Shown here: piece by piece, positions 17,549 to 26,338 of the stretch | Layout of the letters: each line of letters starts with the position of its first letter | Position numbering within the stretch: the first letter of the stretch is position 1 | Virus record (IMG/VR): IMGVR_UViG_3300025325_000107 | Span: 1 to 29,911 of that record | Length of the DNA stretch: 29,911 nucleotides | Source: a virus | Lineage: Duplodnaviria > Caudoviricetes | Strand: one strand, 5' to 3' | Notes under the pieces: model-generated | Seen by the model: only the letters and a program-made list of their open reading frames with translations | Databases searched by the model: none | What the model was told of the DNA's origin: nothing | Position numbers and translations under genes: made by a program

Positions 17549-18976
17549 TTACGCTTGCGGACTGTAGTAACTCGGAGGCGTCTGCGGACTGTAGCCACCG
17601 CCATCCACATAGTACGTTCCGCTCGGATCCCAGTCGCGCTCATGGACAACCGGCGTATAGCGGATGCTGGTCAGCCGACCCGCGATCATCGGCGTGAGCA
17701 ACAACAAACGCGGCTCGGTTTTCGCCATGAGTTGGACGCACCAGTTGTTCGGTGGTTTACGATGCCATGCGAAGCGACCGCCGTCTGACACGTCGAAGAA
17801 CCCGCCGGGTGCGAACGCCTGCGCCGCCGCTTGGAAACCGTTCGGCGAGGAGTAATCAAAATACTCCAAGTACGTTACCGGCGTGTTTCCCAAAACCTTC
17901 AGCGGCACGACGTAGATTTGCGAGGAGTAAACGCCCGCGCCGACGTTGGTCTCAGCAATCGCATCATCCTGAACTACGGGAACTTTCTCGCCGTCAATTA
18001 GGAGGTACGATCCCGCGCGCATCTGGTCGCGCAGGTTGACCGAATCGGTCGCGTCCACAACCGACGTTCCGCCCGCGCTGTCCGTGCAGCGGTAGGTATA
18101 GTACGAACACGGCCAGCACTCGGTGATGAGGTAGAACAGCGTCGGGCGCATCGCGAGTGCCCAGGATGCTGGGGACAATCCCATCCGATCCGCGCGGTCT
18201 CTCAGCTCGCGCATCATCCACGTCAAGTCCTGCACCATTGTCGTGCAGGCCGTTCCGACGTTGAGGTTGCCGAAACTCTTAACGTAGGAATCCGCCGCCG
18301 GGCAAACAACACCGGTCACCGCGTCGCGATAACCACTGTTGATGAGAATGTCCAACCCGTAGAATTCCATGTAGCCGTTGTTGAGCGTGTTGTTGGTTGG
18401 ATTCCCGGTGTAGATTTGCGGAGCAAAGTCGCGTGACCAAATCGTACCGAACTCGAACAGTCCCTTCGCGATGTCGTTCCCGACTGGATTCCCCATTCCT
18501 GGAATCGTCGGCACGTTTGGATTTCCCTCATCGAACGGATTGTTCATTAGTTGCAAGTCCAGGTGATCTCCGCGATCCTGGATTTTGCCGAACGCATCCA
18601 GTTCGAAGACGCGCGTCTGACGCGAGTATCGCCCGAATACGAACTGATGCATACACAGTTTCGACAAGCCCGCGTACGGCGGATCATCGCACGGTCCAAC
18701 TGGCTCGCTGCCGGTCGAATCCGTGACGCCGGTGAAAATGCCGTAAAGCGGATTTACCGTGTTCGCGGATTTCGTCGGCAGGATAGATTGCAAGCCGCGA
18801 ATCGGGAGAACCATCGCGGAGAAGATTGGCTTCTCCAACGCAAAGTGGGAGAACAATCCGCCGCGTCCGTGCCCCATGATCGCGTTGGGCGTCGCGGATG
18901 GCACATTGCGCTGCACGCTGCCGCCATTCGATTCCTGGATGAGCGCGCGGGCGAGTTGTTTATAATCAACGTCCAT
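17549..18976 (-). CDS. Major capsid protein
   Basis: About 475 aa, directly after the protease/scaffold gene; strongest RBS (GAGGAGG); IYTGNPTNN...EFYGLDILIN HK97-like segment. Confidence 0.85.
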   Translation of the reverse strand: MDVDYKQLARALIQESNGGSVQRNVPSATPNAIMGHGRGGLFSHFALEKPIFSAMVLPIRGLQSILPTKSANTVNPLYGIFTGVTDSTGSEPVGPCDDPPYAGLSKLCMHQFVFGRYSRQTRVFELDAFGKIQDRGDHLDLQLMNNPFDEGNPNVPTIPGMGNPVGNDIAKGLFEFGTIWSRDFAPQIYTGNPTNNTLNNGYMEFYGLDILINSGYRDAVTGVVCPAADSYVKSFGNLNVGTACTTMVQDLTWMMRELRDRADRMGLSPASWALAMRPTLFYLITECWPCSYYTYRCTDSAGGTSVVDATDSVNLRDQMRAGSYLLIDGEKVPVVQDDAIAETNVGAGVYSSQIYVVPLKVLGNTPVTYLEYFDYSSPNGFQAAAQAFAPGGFFDVSDGGRFAWHRKPPNNWCVQLMAKTEPRLLLLTPMIAGRLTSIRYTPVVHERDWDPSGTYYVDGGGYSPQTPPSYYSPQA

Positions 18977-19019
18977 TGTCAAACCTCCTCAGATAGATGA
19001 TGGCTCTCCGTGAGTTCTT

Positions 19020-20483
19020 TCACTTCGTAGGATTTTCGGGCTGACCCAAGACCATTTGATTGACGAAGGTCTCGAAGTAACTTTTCTTCGGGTCGTCGTG
19101 CGGTTTCTTGTTCGCGTCGCGTGTAACAGTTGACGCGGCTTGGCTCGCGCGGAACCCGCGCGGGGTCTCGCCTTCCAATTCCTTCAACCGCGCATCGACC
19201 GCGTTGATGGCCTGCTGAACGGTTTTCGATTCCTCGACCGCCGCGCCCATCTGCTTCGCCATGTCCGCGAGCATCGTTTGCATCTGCGCCATCTGCTCGA
19301 CCATCGTTTTGATTTCCTCAGCGGACATGGCGCGCTTGACGATTTCCGCGATGAGTTTTTCTTCATCCACGTCGCGCGTCACCATATTCTGCGCGGCGCG
19401 GTTGGCGGTATCGGCGCGGTCTTTGAACGGTTCGGCATTATCCTTGCCAACCAGCTTGACGAGCGCCTCGTAAACTTCTTTTCTCATTCTCTTCACCTCC
19501 TGGGTTACGCCGATGGACGTGAGTAAGGAACTCGCTCGATCCACCGGCACAATCGAGATTTCGATATTTTCGCCTTTGGTGTAAACGGGAATCTTCACGC
19601 CGCGCGCCACTTCGATGAACGTAGGTTTCTCAAGTGGATCGAATCCAATCGAGGTCGCCCAATCCTGGGAATCCTTTTCGAGCGCGTCCATCGCGGCGCG
19701 GGCGAGGTCGGTCTCATCGAACGTTCCCGCCGCGAGGTAGAGCGCGTCGTCGCGCGCGAGATAATCCGCCTGACCGAAACGAATCAAATCGCCCTGATGG
19801 TAGAATCGCAGTTCGGGATATTCCTTCGTCTCCTCGGCGCGCGCGATGAACGAATCGAACAGCGCGCGCGAATCGATCTGACCATCGCGATTTAGCGCGG
19901 CGGTTGCGGCGATGGCAAGCCAACGCGCTTTGCCATCCTTCTGACGAATGACCGTTACGCTCCGCGATTCACTCGATGGGATGGGGATTTCGATTCTCTC
20001 TCCCAGCGTCACGGAATCATCCGCGCCGAGGGTCACGTTGACGCGCCAGATTCTGCCCTGACCCGAACAGAGCAGATACATTTCGCTGCCTTCGTGGTAC
20101 AGGTCGATGGGGTCGAGCACGGTCTCTGGGTCACGTTCAGTGCCTGGAGGATAGAGAGTCCCGTAAATTTTATCTTGTAGGTCACTCATGGAAATAGCGC
20201 GCTCGGTTAGGTGTGGCTCGAATACTGCGCGGACTTGCTCGAATAGTTTTCGGAATGGATTCATTGCACCTCGCTGTTCTTTTTCATGCCACTCGCCCGC
20301 GTCGTTCTGCTCGTACTGTGTCTTGATGGCACTCCACGCAATCGCCATCGCGCAGGACTCGCGATCCTCGCGCTCGGCACACGTGCCGTCGTACGCCGAG
20401 TTGAACGCGGCGACGCCAATTTCAATCGCATGGTCCGGCAGTTTCTCGAACGCGGCCGGTGGTTCCGATACGGTGTATGGCAT
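19020..20483 (-). CDS. ChaB-domain / prohead protease / scaffold fusion
   Basis: N-terminal MPY..LP..A..I..AAFNSAY..A..AW.AIK..Y (ChaB pattern); central NRDGQI, YHQ, TSIGF, EISIV (HK97-type protease); C-terminal coiled coil. Confidence 0.78.
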   Translation of the reverse strand: MPYTVSEPPAAFEKLPDHAIEIGVAAFNSAYDGTCAEREDRESCAMAIAWSAIKTQYEQNDAGEWHEKEQRGAMNPFRKLFEQVRAVFEPHLTERAISMSDLQDKIYGTLYPPGTERDPETVLDPIDLYHEGSEMYLLCSGQGRIWRVNVTLGADDSVTLGERIEIPIPSSESRSVTVIRQKDGKARWLAIAATAALNRDGQIDSRALFDSFIARAEETKEYPELRFYHQGDLIRFGQADYLARDDALYLAAGTFDETDLARAAMDALEKDSQDWATSIGFDPLEKPTFIEVARGVKIPVYTKGENIEISIVPVDRASSLLTSIGVTQEVKRMRKEVYEALVKLVGKDNAEPFKDRADTANRAAQNMVTRDVDEEKLIAEIVKRAMSAEEIKTMVEQMAQMQTMLADMAKQMGAAVEESKTVQQAINAVDARLKELEGETPRGFRASQAASTVTRDANKKPHDDPKKSYFETFVNQMVLGQPENPTK

Positions 20484-20492
20484 AGTTCCTCC

Positions 20493-20533
20493 AAAAACAA
20501 AAGACGCCGAGAGATCGTAACGCTCTCGGCGTC
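20493..20533 (-). terminator. Intrinsic terminator-like hairpin directly before the protease RBS
   Basis: GACGCCGAGAG/CTCTCGGCGTC 11-bp stem followed by TTTTGTTTTT, then GGAGG-N4-ATG. Confidence 0.7.
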
Positions 20534-20578
20534 CTGGGCTTGCGCTATCAGCGCGTATTCAGTTCGCAGGTCAAAAGA

Positions 20579-20794
20579 CTAAATTTGAGAATAGGTCAGT
20601 GCGGCCAAATCGAAAATCTTTTCCTCGCCGCGCACGCGCACCTGGAGCAATCCCCTTTTCGGGTCGAACATCGCGACGAGCTTACCACTGTCCAACTCCA
20701 GCCTAATCCAGTCCGGATGAGGACACCAATCCGAGGATATTATACTAGGATTCGGACTGGATGTAAAGAGTCTATCAGAGTAGGCGGCGTCCAT
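20579..20794 (-). CDS. Small hypothetical protein, possibly a Cys-less Com-like regulator
   Basis: IRL...GKLV...GLLQVRVRG...FDL; overlaps the portal 3' end; start uncertain. Confidence 0.5.
   Translation of the reverse strand: MDAAYSDRLFTSSPNPSIISSDWCPHPDWIRLELDSGKLVAMFDPKRGLLQVRVRGEEKIFDLAALTYSQI
20739..20767 (-). promoter_or_regulatory. Sigma70-type promoter upstream of the head genes
   Basis: TTTACA (20767-20762), 17-nt spacer, TATAAT (20744-20739). Confidence 0.65.
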
Positions 20795-22637
20795 CGTCAC
20801 TCACGATACGACACTCACAATTGTAGCCGTTGCATTGCAAGGTCTCTGAACCTGGCTCGCGGGGAACGTAGCCACGCGAGATAAACCACTTGACCCGATG
20901 GCGCGCGCCGTTCAGTCCGTTGCACGTATCGCAATGCTCTTTCGTGCGTCCCAGTGTCCACGTCCCCGATGCGTTGGATTGTGCCGAGGCGCGCGCAAGG
21001 TTACCGAGCGTGTTGAGTGCTTCAACCCACAGTGTCACGCGCTCCGCGATGCTGGACTGCGCGGCTTTGTCCTTGCGCGCGTCAACTGTCGCGTTGGCAA
21101 AGTCGCGAACGTGTGTCACTTGTTCCGCGATCCAACCGGCGATAACCTCACGATCACCGACATCTATTTCATCCTCGTCAATTCCCATCGCGCGTAAACC
21201 TTCTACATAAACGCGCGGCGCGGTTTCGCGAATCAATGCCCGATGTGCACGCGCCATGTCCGTTGCATCCATTCGCCCTACGAGCGTATCGGCGATGAAA
21301 CGATTCAGCCCGTCGCGATATTCGGATGTGACCTCGCGAATCGAGCGCGCTTGTGTAATTGCAACTGGCTCCGGCTCGGCGGATTCCTTTTCCTCATCGG
21401 TGAGCGATTCACTTGACGTTACATCCTCGGGAACGAACTCTTTCGGAATCATCTCCAAGTCCGCGAGGATTTGCTTCGCCTGACCCGAATTGAGAATCGC
21501 TTTTTCAACCAGACTACCAACCGCATCCGCATCCAGCTTGAATACGTCGGCCTGTTGTTTCTGGTCGCGCAGGTCTTTGCCGCTGAAGGCGAAGATGATC
21601 GTGTCCGCAACCATCCACTCGTTCGATTGGTGCGTGAACTGCTTGCGCCACGCGGCGAGATTCTTGCCCTTCGCTTTGTCCTCCAGGATTTGCGATTGCT
21701 CTCCGCTGCCTAACGGTCTACCGGTGAGCGGCTGCAAATCCTGCACGTCGAGACCGATGGCGTTCGCAGTCAATAGCGCGCAGTTGTTGAATTGCTTTTC
21801 GTATTCGAATCCGTCCGGCAATTCCGCGAAGTTGATCCTAGTATGCGTGATCGCAATGTCGCTCAACGTCGGCACAACCACCGCGCCCATGTATTGAATG
21901 TTCCCACGTCCGCGATTATCTTCCTTCGCGGATTCAATCGCGGTGCGGAGCTGCGGTTCGCTGACGCCGCCCACCATGTCTACCGCCAGCGGTCGCTCAC
22001 CGGAAACTTTCTCGTAGATGTATCGCTCGATGGCTTCGAGTTTCTTGATTGCGCCGTGACCGCGTGAGGCCGCGCAGAGTCCGATGCCGTAATGCGTCGC
22101 GCTGGGACTTGGCATATCTGCGAGCATGACAATCTGATGCTGACGCAACTCATGTTCCGCGCCCTTGTCGTCGCGATAGTACGCGACGATCTCGGAATCG
22201 CCGGTGCGAGTGACGCGCAGGGAATCGAGATGCACGAGACCTAGGATACGCGAGCCACCGCCCTTCGACGCTCTGACAATCTCTATAAACGCGCCGTTAT
22301 CGGTGTGAAGAAAATCTTGGAGATGTTTAGATAACTCATCGGTGAGAAACGGCATGAGGAGGTCTTGCGCCTGTTGCCGTAGGCGGGGAGTTTCGCCTTC
22401 GACTTTCCAGTCGAGCGATGACATTTTCGCAATCGCGATTCCGACCGCGCCGGTCCAGAAATCGTGATAGGGTTGATAGAGCAGTTGACGCAAATACCAG
22501 TCGCGCGCCGGCGACCAATACGCTGGCAATCCACCGGACTTGACCCAGGACGGGTTGAGCATCCAGTGAAACACCGGTACCTGGGTTTCGTCGTCGCGCG
22601 TGACGGAATATTTCTTTACGTCGTATTCGATGGGCAT
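20775..22637 (-). CDS. Portal protein fused to C-terminal MuF-like minor head domain
   Basis: Follows TerL; DNGAFIEI and LVHLDSLR portal motifs; acidic linker, then W.LG..EHCxxC and CxGxNCxC. Confidence 0.85.
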   Translation of the reverse strand: MPIEYDVKKYSVTRDDETQVPVFHWMLNPSWVKSGGLPAYWSPARDWYLRQLLYQPYHDFWTGAVGIAIAKMSSLDWKVEGETPRLRQQAQDLLMPFLTDELSKHLQDFLHTDNGAFIEIVRASKGGGSRILGLVHLDSLRVTRTGDSEIVAYYRDDKGAEHELRQHQIVMLADMPSPSATHYGIGLCAASRGHGAIKKLEAIERYIYEKVSGERPLAVDMVGGVSEPQLRTAIESAKEDNRGRGNIQYMGAVVVPTLSDIAITHTRINFAELPDGFEYEKQFNNCALLTANAIGLDVQDLQPLTGRPLGSGEQSQILEDKAKGKNLAAWRKQFTHQSNEWMVADTIIFAFSGKDLRDQKQQADVFKLDADAVGSLVEKAILNSGQAKQILADLEMIPKEFVPEDVTSSESLTDEEKESAEPEPVAITQARSIREVTSEYRDGLNRFIADTLVGRMDATDMARAHRALIRETAPRVYVEGLRAMGIDEDEIDVGDREVIAGWIAEQVTHVRDFANATVDARKDKAAQSSIAERVTLWVEALNTLGNLARASAQSNASGTWTLGRTKEHCDTCNGLNGARHRVKWFISRGYVPREPGSETLQCNGYNCECRIVSDDGRRLL

Positions 22638-22649
22638 GGGGTTAGCGTC

Positions 22650-22784
22650 TCAATCATTTCTTGACCGTCGCGCACAAGACTTAGAACAAAACCGTGTTGA
22701 AGCATATCGGTTCACTTGGAAGATATGTCCACATCTTTGACATCTTCTGTTTTCCCAGTCCTTTTTTGATCGCAGAGTGTCAAT
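22650..22784 (-). pseudogene. Short CxxC...FCSxxC zinc-finger remnant (no canonical start)
   Basis: Reads IDTLRSKKDWENRRCQRCGHIFQVNRYASTRFCSKSCARRSRND*; only an ATT codon after AGGAG. Confidence 0.5.
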
Positions 22785-22786
22785 AA

Positions 22787-24181
22787 CTAACTCCTACGCA
22801 ATCTAAGCATCCAGCATAATCCTCTAAGTGCATCCGGTCCGTGATCGAAACGCTTAATTGGCCGCTGGGTCTGTGGATCGTAGGCATAGGATAACATCTC
22901 AGCGCGCAGGTGGCGGCAACGCGGATGGACACGCACGCGCCGAACCTGGTTTGAATCTTTCGCGAGCCACGCTCTCAATTCCTTGATCGTCGTATCGACC
23001 TGTTCGGTGCATTGCATCGGCATCATCTGCGCCGCCATGATGCGCCCGCGGAATTCCGCCGAGCCCGGACCGTGCGAGACGAACGTCGGGCGCGGATAAG
23101 GTAATTCGAGTATTGCTGAAATGTGCGAATCGGTCAACACCAGGCATTGATAGGATTCCGCGAAAACATTCAAAGTCCCATCGGGTCGCAATTGGCATAA
23201 TAGGAAAACCCGGGGATGCGCATCGGCGACAAAATAGCCGGTCTGCAAATCGCGTCCGGCGGATTGGGGCGCGCTGCCGGCGGAATAGCCATCGTCGCAC
23301 GCCCAAAAGATTTCGCCCGCGCCTTCCTGGTATCCCGCTTGTTCCGTAACGCTTCCGTCGTTCTCATCCCAGACTTCATTGTAGACTAAACCGGCGGTAC
23401 TGGCGCGCTTGCCTTCGTACAATCTTGCGCGCAAGACGCCCGTGAGATTCGAGAGTCGCGCAAGTGTTTCCTGACCCTGGGTCGTAACGTTGCCCTGCGC
23501 GTCGTAGAGTTTCGGATTGTCCTTGAACGTGCTATTGAGAATCTGTAATTTGCCCGATGATTCGCGCGAGTAAATCCAGTGCGTCAGCGGCGCGGGATTC
23601 ATGTCGCCGAACAAAATACCTGGGACAATGACGCCGCCGCGTCCCGTCGTGCGCGTCGAGAGAATTTCCCACCCGTCCTGTTTCGATTCCTCGCATTGAT
23701 TGAAATAGACCGCATCCAACGAGCCGGACAAAACCTTCCCCGGTCTGTCCATTCCGACGACCCACACGCGCGACTTGTTCGGGTATTCCGCGAAGAGCGC
23801 ACCCTCGCCGCCGAAGATTTTCACATCACCGCTCGTCTCGATGAACTCGCGTTTGTAAATATCCCAAACCGTCGCGGGAATATCCACGTGATACTGACGC
23901 ACCATCGCGAGACGCGCGTTAGAGTATTTTCGCGCCAGCGCATCCAGCAGATTGAGCGACGCGTACGTTTTGCCGGTTTCTGACGCGCCTTCCAGAATAA
24001 ATTCCGCCGGTCGCGGTGGGTTGACCCAGGATTGGATTGTTAAATTATTGCCGCGAAACTCGAAAGACTTTTTACGTTGGGGTTGGGCTATTCTCTGAAT
24101 CAGGTTCCGGCGCTGGGCTTCCTCCAACGCCAAGGCCACTGATTCCAAGTGACTTCTGGATGAATTCGACAAGTTCAGCAT
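22787..24181 (-). CDS. terL: Terminase large subunit
   Basis: Walker A GASETGKT, YFNQCEE Walker B, DMNP coupling motif, STFKDNP, C-terminal DHGPDALR nuclease motif. Confidence 0.95.
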   Translation of the reverse strand: MLNLSNSSRSHLESVALALEEAQRRNLIQRIAQPQRKKSFEFRGNNLTIQSWVNPPRPAEFILEGASETGKTYASLNLLDALARKYSNARLAMVRQYHVDIPATVWDIYKREFIETSGDVKIFGGEGALFAEYPNKSRVWVVGMDRPGKVLSGSLDAVYFNQCEESKQDGWEILSTRTTGRGGVIVPGILFGDMNPAPLTHWIYSRESSGKLQILNSTFKDNPKLYDAQGNVTTQGQETLARLSNLTGVLRARLYEGKRASTAGLVYNEVWDENDGSVTEQAGYQEGAGEIFWACDDGYSAGSAPQSAGRDLQTGYFVADAHPRVFLLCQLRPDGTLNVFAESYQCLVLTDSHISAILELPYPRPTFVSHGPGSAEFRGRIMAAQMMPMQCTEQVDTTIKELRAWLAKDSNQVRRVRVHPRCRHLRAEMLSYAYDPQTQRPIKRFDHGPDALRGLCWMLRLRRS

Positions 24182-24518
24182 CGGTCATCTTGTTAATGTC
24201 AATGGGTTGTGGAACTTTACCCCAGCCGTGCTCCAGGATATTAGAATGGTCAGCCGCGATCTCAGACTCGAACATTCTTTCAATGAGGTTGTAAATGCGC
24301 GCTCGTTTAGATGGATCATTCTCCGCAATCTCTCTACCCACATCTCGAATCAGATCGCGCAATTCATCATGATCTTTCGGTCGCCCGTGATAATTGCGGT
24401 TAGGGTCATAGCCCGGCTTGAAACGGTATCCAAACTTATTTCCCTTTTGGAACCTTCCCGAATTCGTTTGCTTACCGTTTGTGCCTCTTACGGTTAATGT
24501 TTTTTTACGATGAGCCAT
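24072..24518 (-). CDS. terS: Terminase small subunit
   Basis: GRFQKGN...FKPG...N..GRPK motif, GWGKVPQ, overlaps the TerL start. Confidence 0.8.
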   Translation of the reverse strand: MAHRKKTLTVRGTNGKQTNSGRFQKGNKFGYRFKPGYDPNRNYHGRPKDHDELRDLIRDVGREIAENDPSKRARIYNLIERMFESEIAADHSNILEHGWGKVPQPIDINKMTDAELVEFIQKSLGISGLGVGGSPAPEPDSENSPTPT

Positions 24519-24661
24519 ATAATAAATAGGAACGGCGCGGAGAGGGCGAGGACGCGGAGCCAGAATAGAATAGGATCAACATCCATCAATTGATCTGGAG
24601 GGAGCGAAAGTAATTCGTGATAAAGTTCGAGTTTCTTTTTCGTGAGTTCAGTGAGATTCAT
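24494..24661 (-). CDS. Small membrane protein (55 aa)
   Basis: Manual translation MNLTELTKKK...ILFWLRVLALSAPFLFIIWLIVKKH; overlaps neighbours. Confidence 0.45.
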   Translation of the reverse strand: MNLTELTKKKLELYHELLSLPPDQLMDVDPILFWLRVLALSAPFLFIIWLIVKKH

Positions 24662-24788
24662 CAATTTGTTCCGTGAGCGCGCGCAGGAATTTAAGGATGC
24701 ATTCGTAACAGATCAAAGTACCGTAGCAGTCGAGCGGACAGCGGGAGTGGCAGAACTCGCAGATGGGTTTCTCGTTGGCGTATCTCAT
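24648..24788 (-). CDS. Small Cys-rich protein (46 aa)
   Basis: MRYANEKPICEFCHSRCPLDCYGTLICYEC...; ATGA-coupled to the upstream ORF. Confidence 0.5.
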   Translation of the reverse strand: MRYANEKPICEFCHSRCPLDCYGTLICYECILKFLRALTEQIDESH

Positions 24789-25000
24789 TCCGTCACCCCG
24801 CGCGCCTCATAGGACGAGTGGAAGAAAAGGAAATCGAACAGCATCCACCAAAAGTAGGCGGATGGAAACAGCGCGATGAGGTAGATCGTTCTGCGGAGCA
24901 ACCGGTCGGCTAGGTCGTCGGGTCCAACCGGAATCGCTTCGGAAATCCGCGCCGGGTCTAGGGCGGTCGTACTAGCTAGTTCGGGCAGCATAGAATCCAA
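24785..25000 (-). CDS. Small single-TM protein
   Basis: Hydrophobic stretch IYLIALFPSAYFWWMLFDFLFF; start uncertain. Confidence 0.5.
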   Translation of the reverse strand: MDSMLPELASTTALDPARISEAIPVGPDDLADRLLRRTIYLIALFPSAYFWWMLFDFLFFHSSYEARGVTE

Positions 25001-25009
25001 TTCCCTCTT

Positions 25010-25042
25010 TACCTGGATACCTGGATACCTGGATAACCTGGA
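25010..25042. repeat. Tandem 8-bp repeat TACCTGGA (3 exact copies plus TAACCTGGA)
   Basis: Direct inspection; intergenic. Confidence 0.85.
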
Positions 25043-25074
25043 TAGGTTGGGAATTCGTGCTTATCCAAGCCCCC

Positions 25075-25731
25075 CTACCCTTCCATTTCCGAGAGTGGGG
25101 TAGAGCGCTCACCGGCTCTACCTTTGCGCCGGCCGCGAATCTCCAATGCCCGGATGATGCGCTCGTACTCACCCCGGCTGATACGCTGGCCGTCCTTGAA
25201 TCGATAGTCCTCGTTCGCGCCATCGGCCTTCAACCAATGCGACCTGGATTTCTCGTCATCGCCAAACACGCTCAACCGGTTGGCGAACTCATCCAAGTGG
25301 TTTACAAATGCATCAGGTGTTTGGCCTACGTTGCCCGCGCCATCTGTCAAGAGTGGCATGTCTAGCATTTGCTCGAGGCGAAACTCCAGTTCCGCCTGCC
25401 GGAAGCGCGATTCAGCTTGTACGTCCTTGCGCTCGTCTCGCAGCGTATCGAAGCCGAACCACGTGTAGAATCCAAACGACACGCCGATAGCCAATGCCGC
25501 GCCGCACGCGCCGAGCGCCATCGTGCGCAAAACCCATGAACTCATTTCAATCCATGCCCACGATGCTACGCCCAACGCGACAATGAATACCGTCGCGACA
25601 AATGCAAAGCCCGGCAGCGCGCCGATGAAATGCGCGGTGAACTCATGTGCCAACTCGCGAGTTTGTGTGTGAGACGCGGGAACGGCATCATAGAATTTAG
25701 TCACTTGATTTTGGGAGGTGGGGGCAGCCAT
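25075..25731 (-). CDS. Membrane protein with two TM helices and a soluble C-terminus
   Basis: 218-aa ORF with two hydrophobic segments near aa 35-92. Confidence 0.75.
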   Translation of the reverse strand: MAAPTSQNQVTKFYDAVPASHTQTRELAHEFTAHFIGALPGFAFVATVFIVALGVASWAWIEMSSWVLRTMALGACGAALAIGVSFGFYTWFGFDTLRDERKDVQAESRFRQAELEFRLEQMLDMPLLTDGAGNVGQTPDAFVNHLDEFANRLSVFGDDEKSRSHWLKADGANEDYRFKDGQRISRGEYERIIRALEIRGRRKGRAGERSTPLSEMEG

Positions 25732-25835
25732 CGTTGAGGATCGTCTCTTTCGTGTTGGATTGCAATGCGGGTGATGATGTAGATAATCACCACCATTGCC
25801 AGGCCGAACAGGAAAGCGAAAACGAGATCATTCAT
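25701..25835 (-). CDS. Small TM peptide (44 aa)
   Basis: MNDLVFAFLFGLAMVVIIYIITRIA...PPPPKIK; first ORF after the leftward promoter. Confidence 0.5.
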   Translation of the reverse strand: MNDLVFAFLFGLAMVVIIYIITRIAIQHERDDPQRWLPPPPKIK

Positions 25836-25849
25836 CTTACCATGCCACC

Positions 25850-25878
25850 ATTATACTACCCGTTCCCGGATTTGGCAA
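25850..25878 (-). promoter_or_regulatory. Leftward sigma70-type promoter
   Basis: TTGCCA (25878-25873), 17-nt spacer, TATAAT (25855-25850). Confidence 0.7.
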
Positions 25879-26027
25879 TAGCCCAATTTGCGCCGAAAAC
25901 CAACATGGGAAGATAAGGGAACTTAAGCGAAATCTCCAAAAACCTGCTCGCCACAACCCCTGAGAGGCGAGAAAATGACCCCGCGTGTATGATTTCACAT
26001 AGGATTGGGCTTGACGCAAATTGCCAC

Positions 26028-26056
26028 TTGACAAACTAGCAGAAATGTAGTAGAAA
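26028..26056 (+). promoter_or_regulatory. Rightward sigma70-type promoter
   Basis: TTGACA (26028-26033), 17-nt spacer, TAGAAA (26051-26056); GGAGG RBS downstream. Confidence 0.55.
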
Positions 26057-26085
26057 TAGAGTGCAAAACTATATCGGGAGGCGCA

Positions 26086-26289
26086 ATGGAAGAAGAATTC
26101 AGACAACTCAACGTCAGAATTTCCAGTGACCTTTTTGATCGCTTCGACAGAGCGCGCGGCAAGGTTACTCAAGCAGATGCAATCACGCAAATTCTTGAAT
26201 ACGTATTGCCTCTGATTGAGGGAGCGCAGTCCGCGAAGCTATCAATTGGCAAAGGAGATGGCAAGGCAAACAAGATCAAAGTCACCTAA
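26086..26289 (+). CDS. Ribbon-helix-helix (Arc/CopG-like) regulator
   Basis: RQLNVRISSDLFDRF...TQADAITQIL pattern; first gene at the divergence point. Confidence 0.78.
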   Translation: MEEEFRQLNVRISSDLFDRFDRARGKVTQADAITQILEYVLPLIEGAQSAKLSIGKGDGKANKIKVT

Positions 26290-26338
26290 CTCAATCCCCG
26301 AACGCCCCCTAGGGGAACAAAATTCAAGAGGAGTAGAT

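Noticed and set aside
25010-25042. Possible CRISPR array or DGR repeat
   Set aside because: Units are 8 bp with no spacers; no cas gene, reverse transcriptase or TR/VR pair seen in the window.
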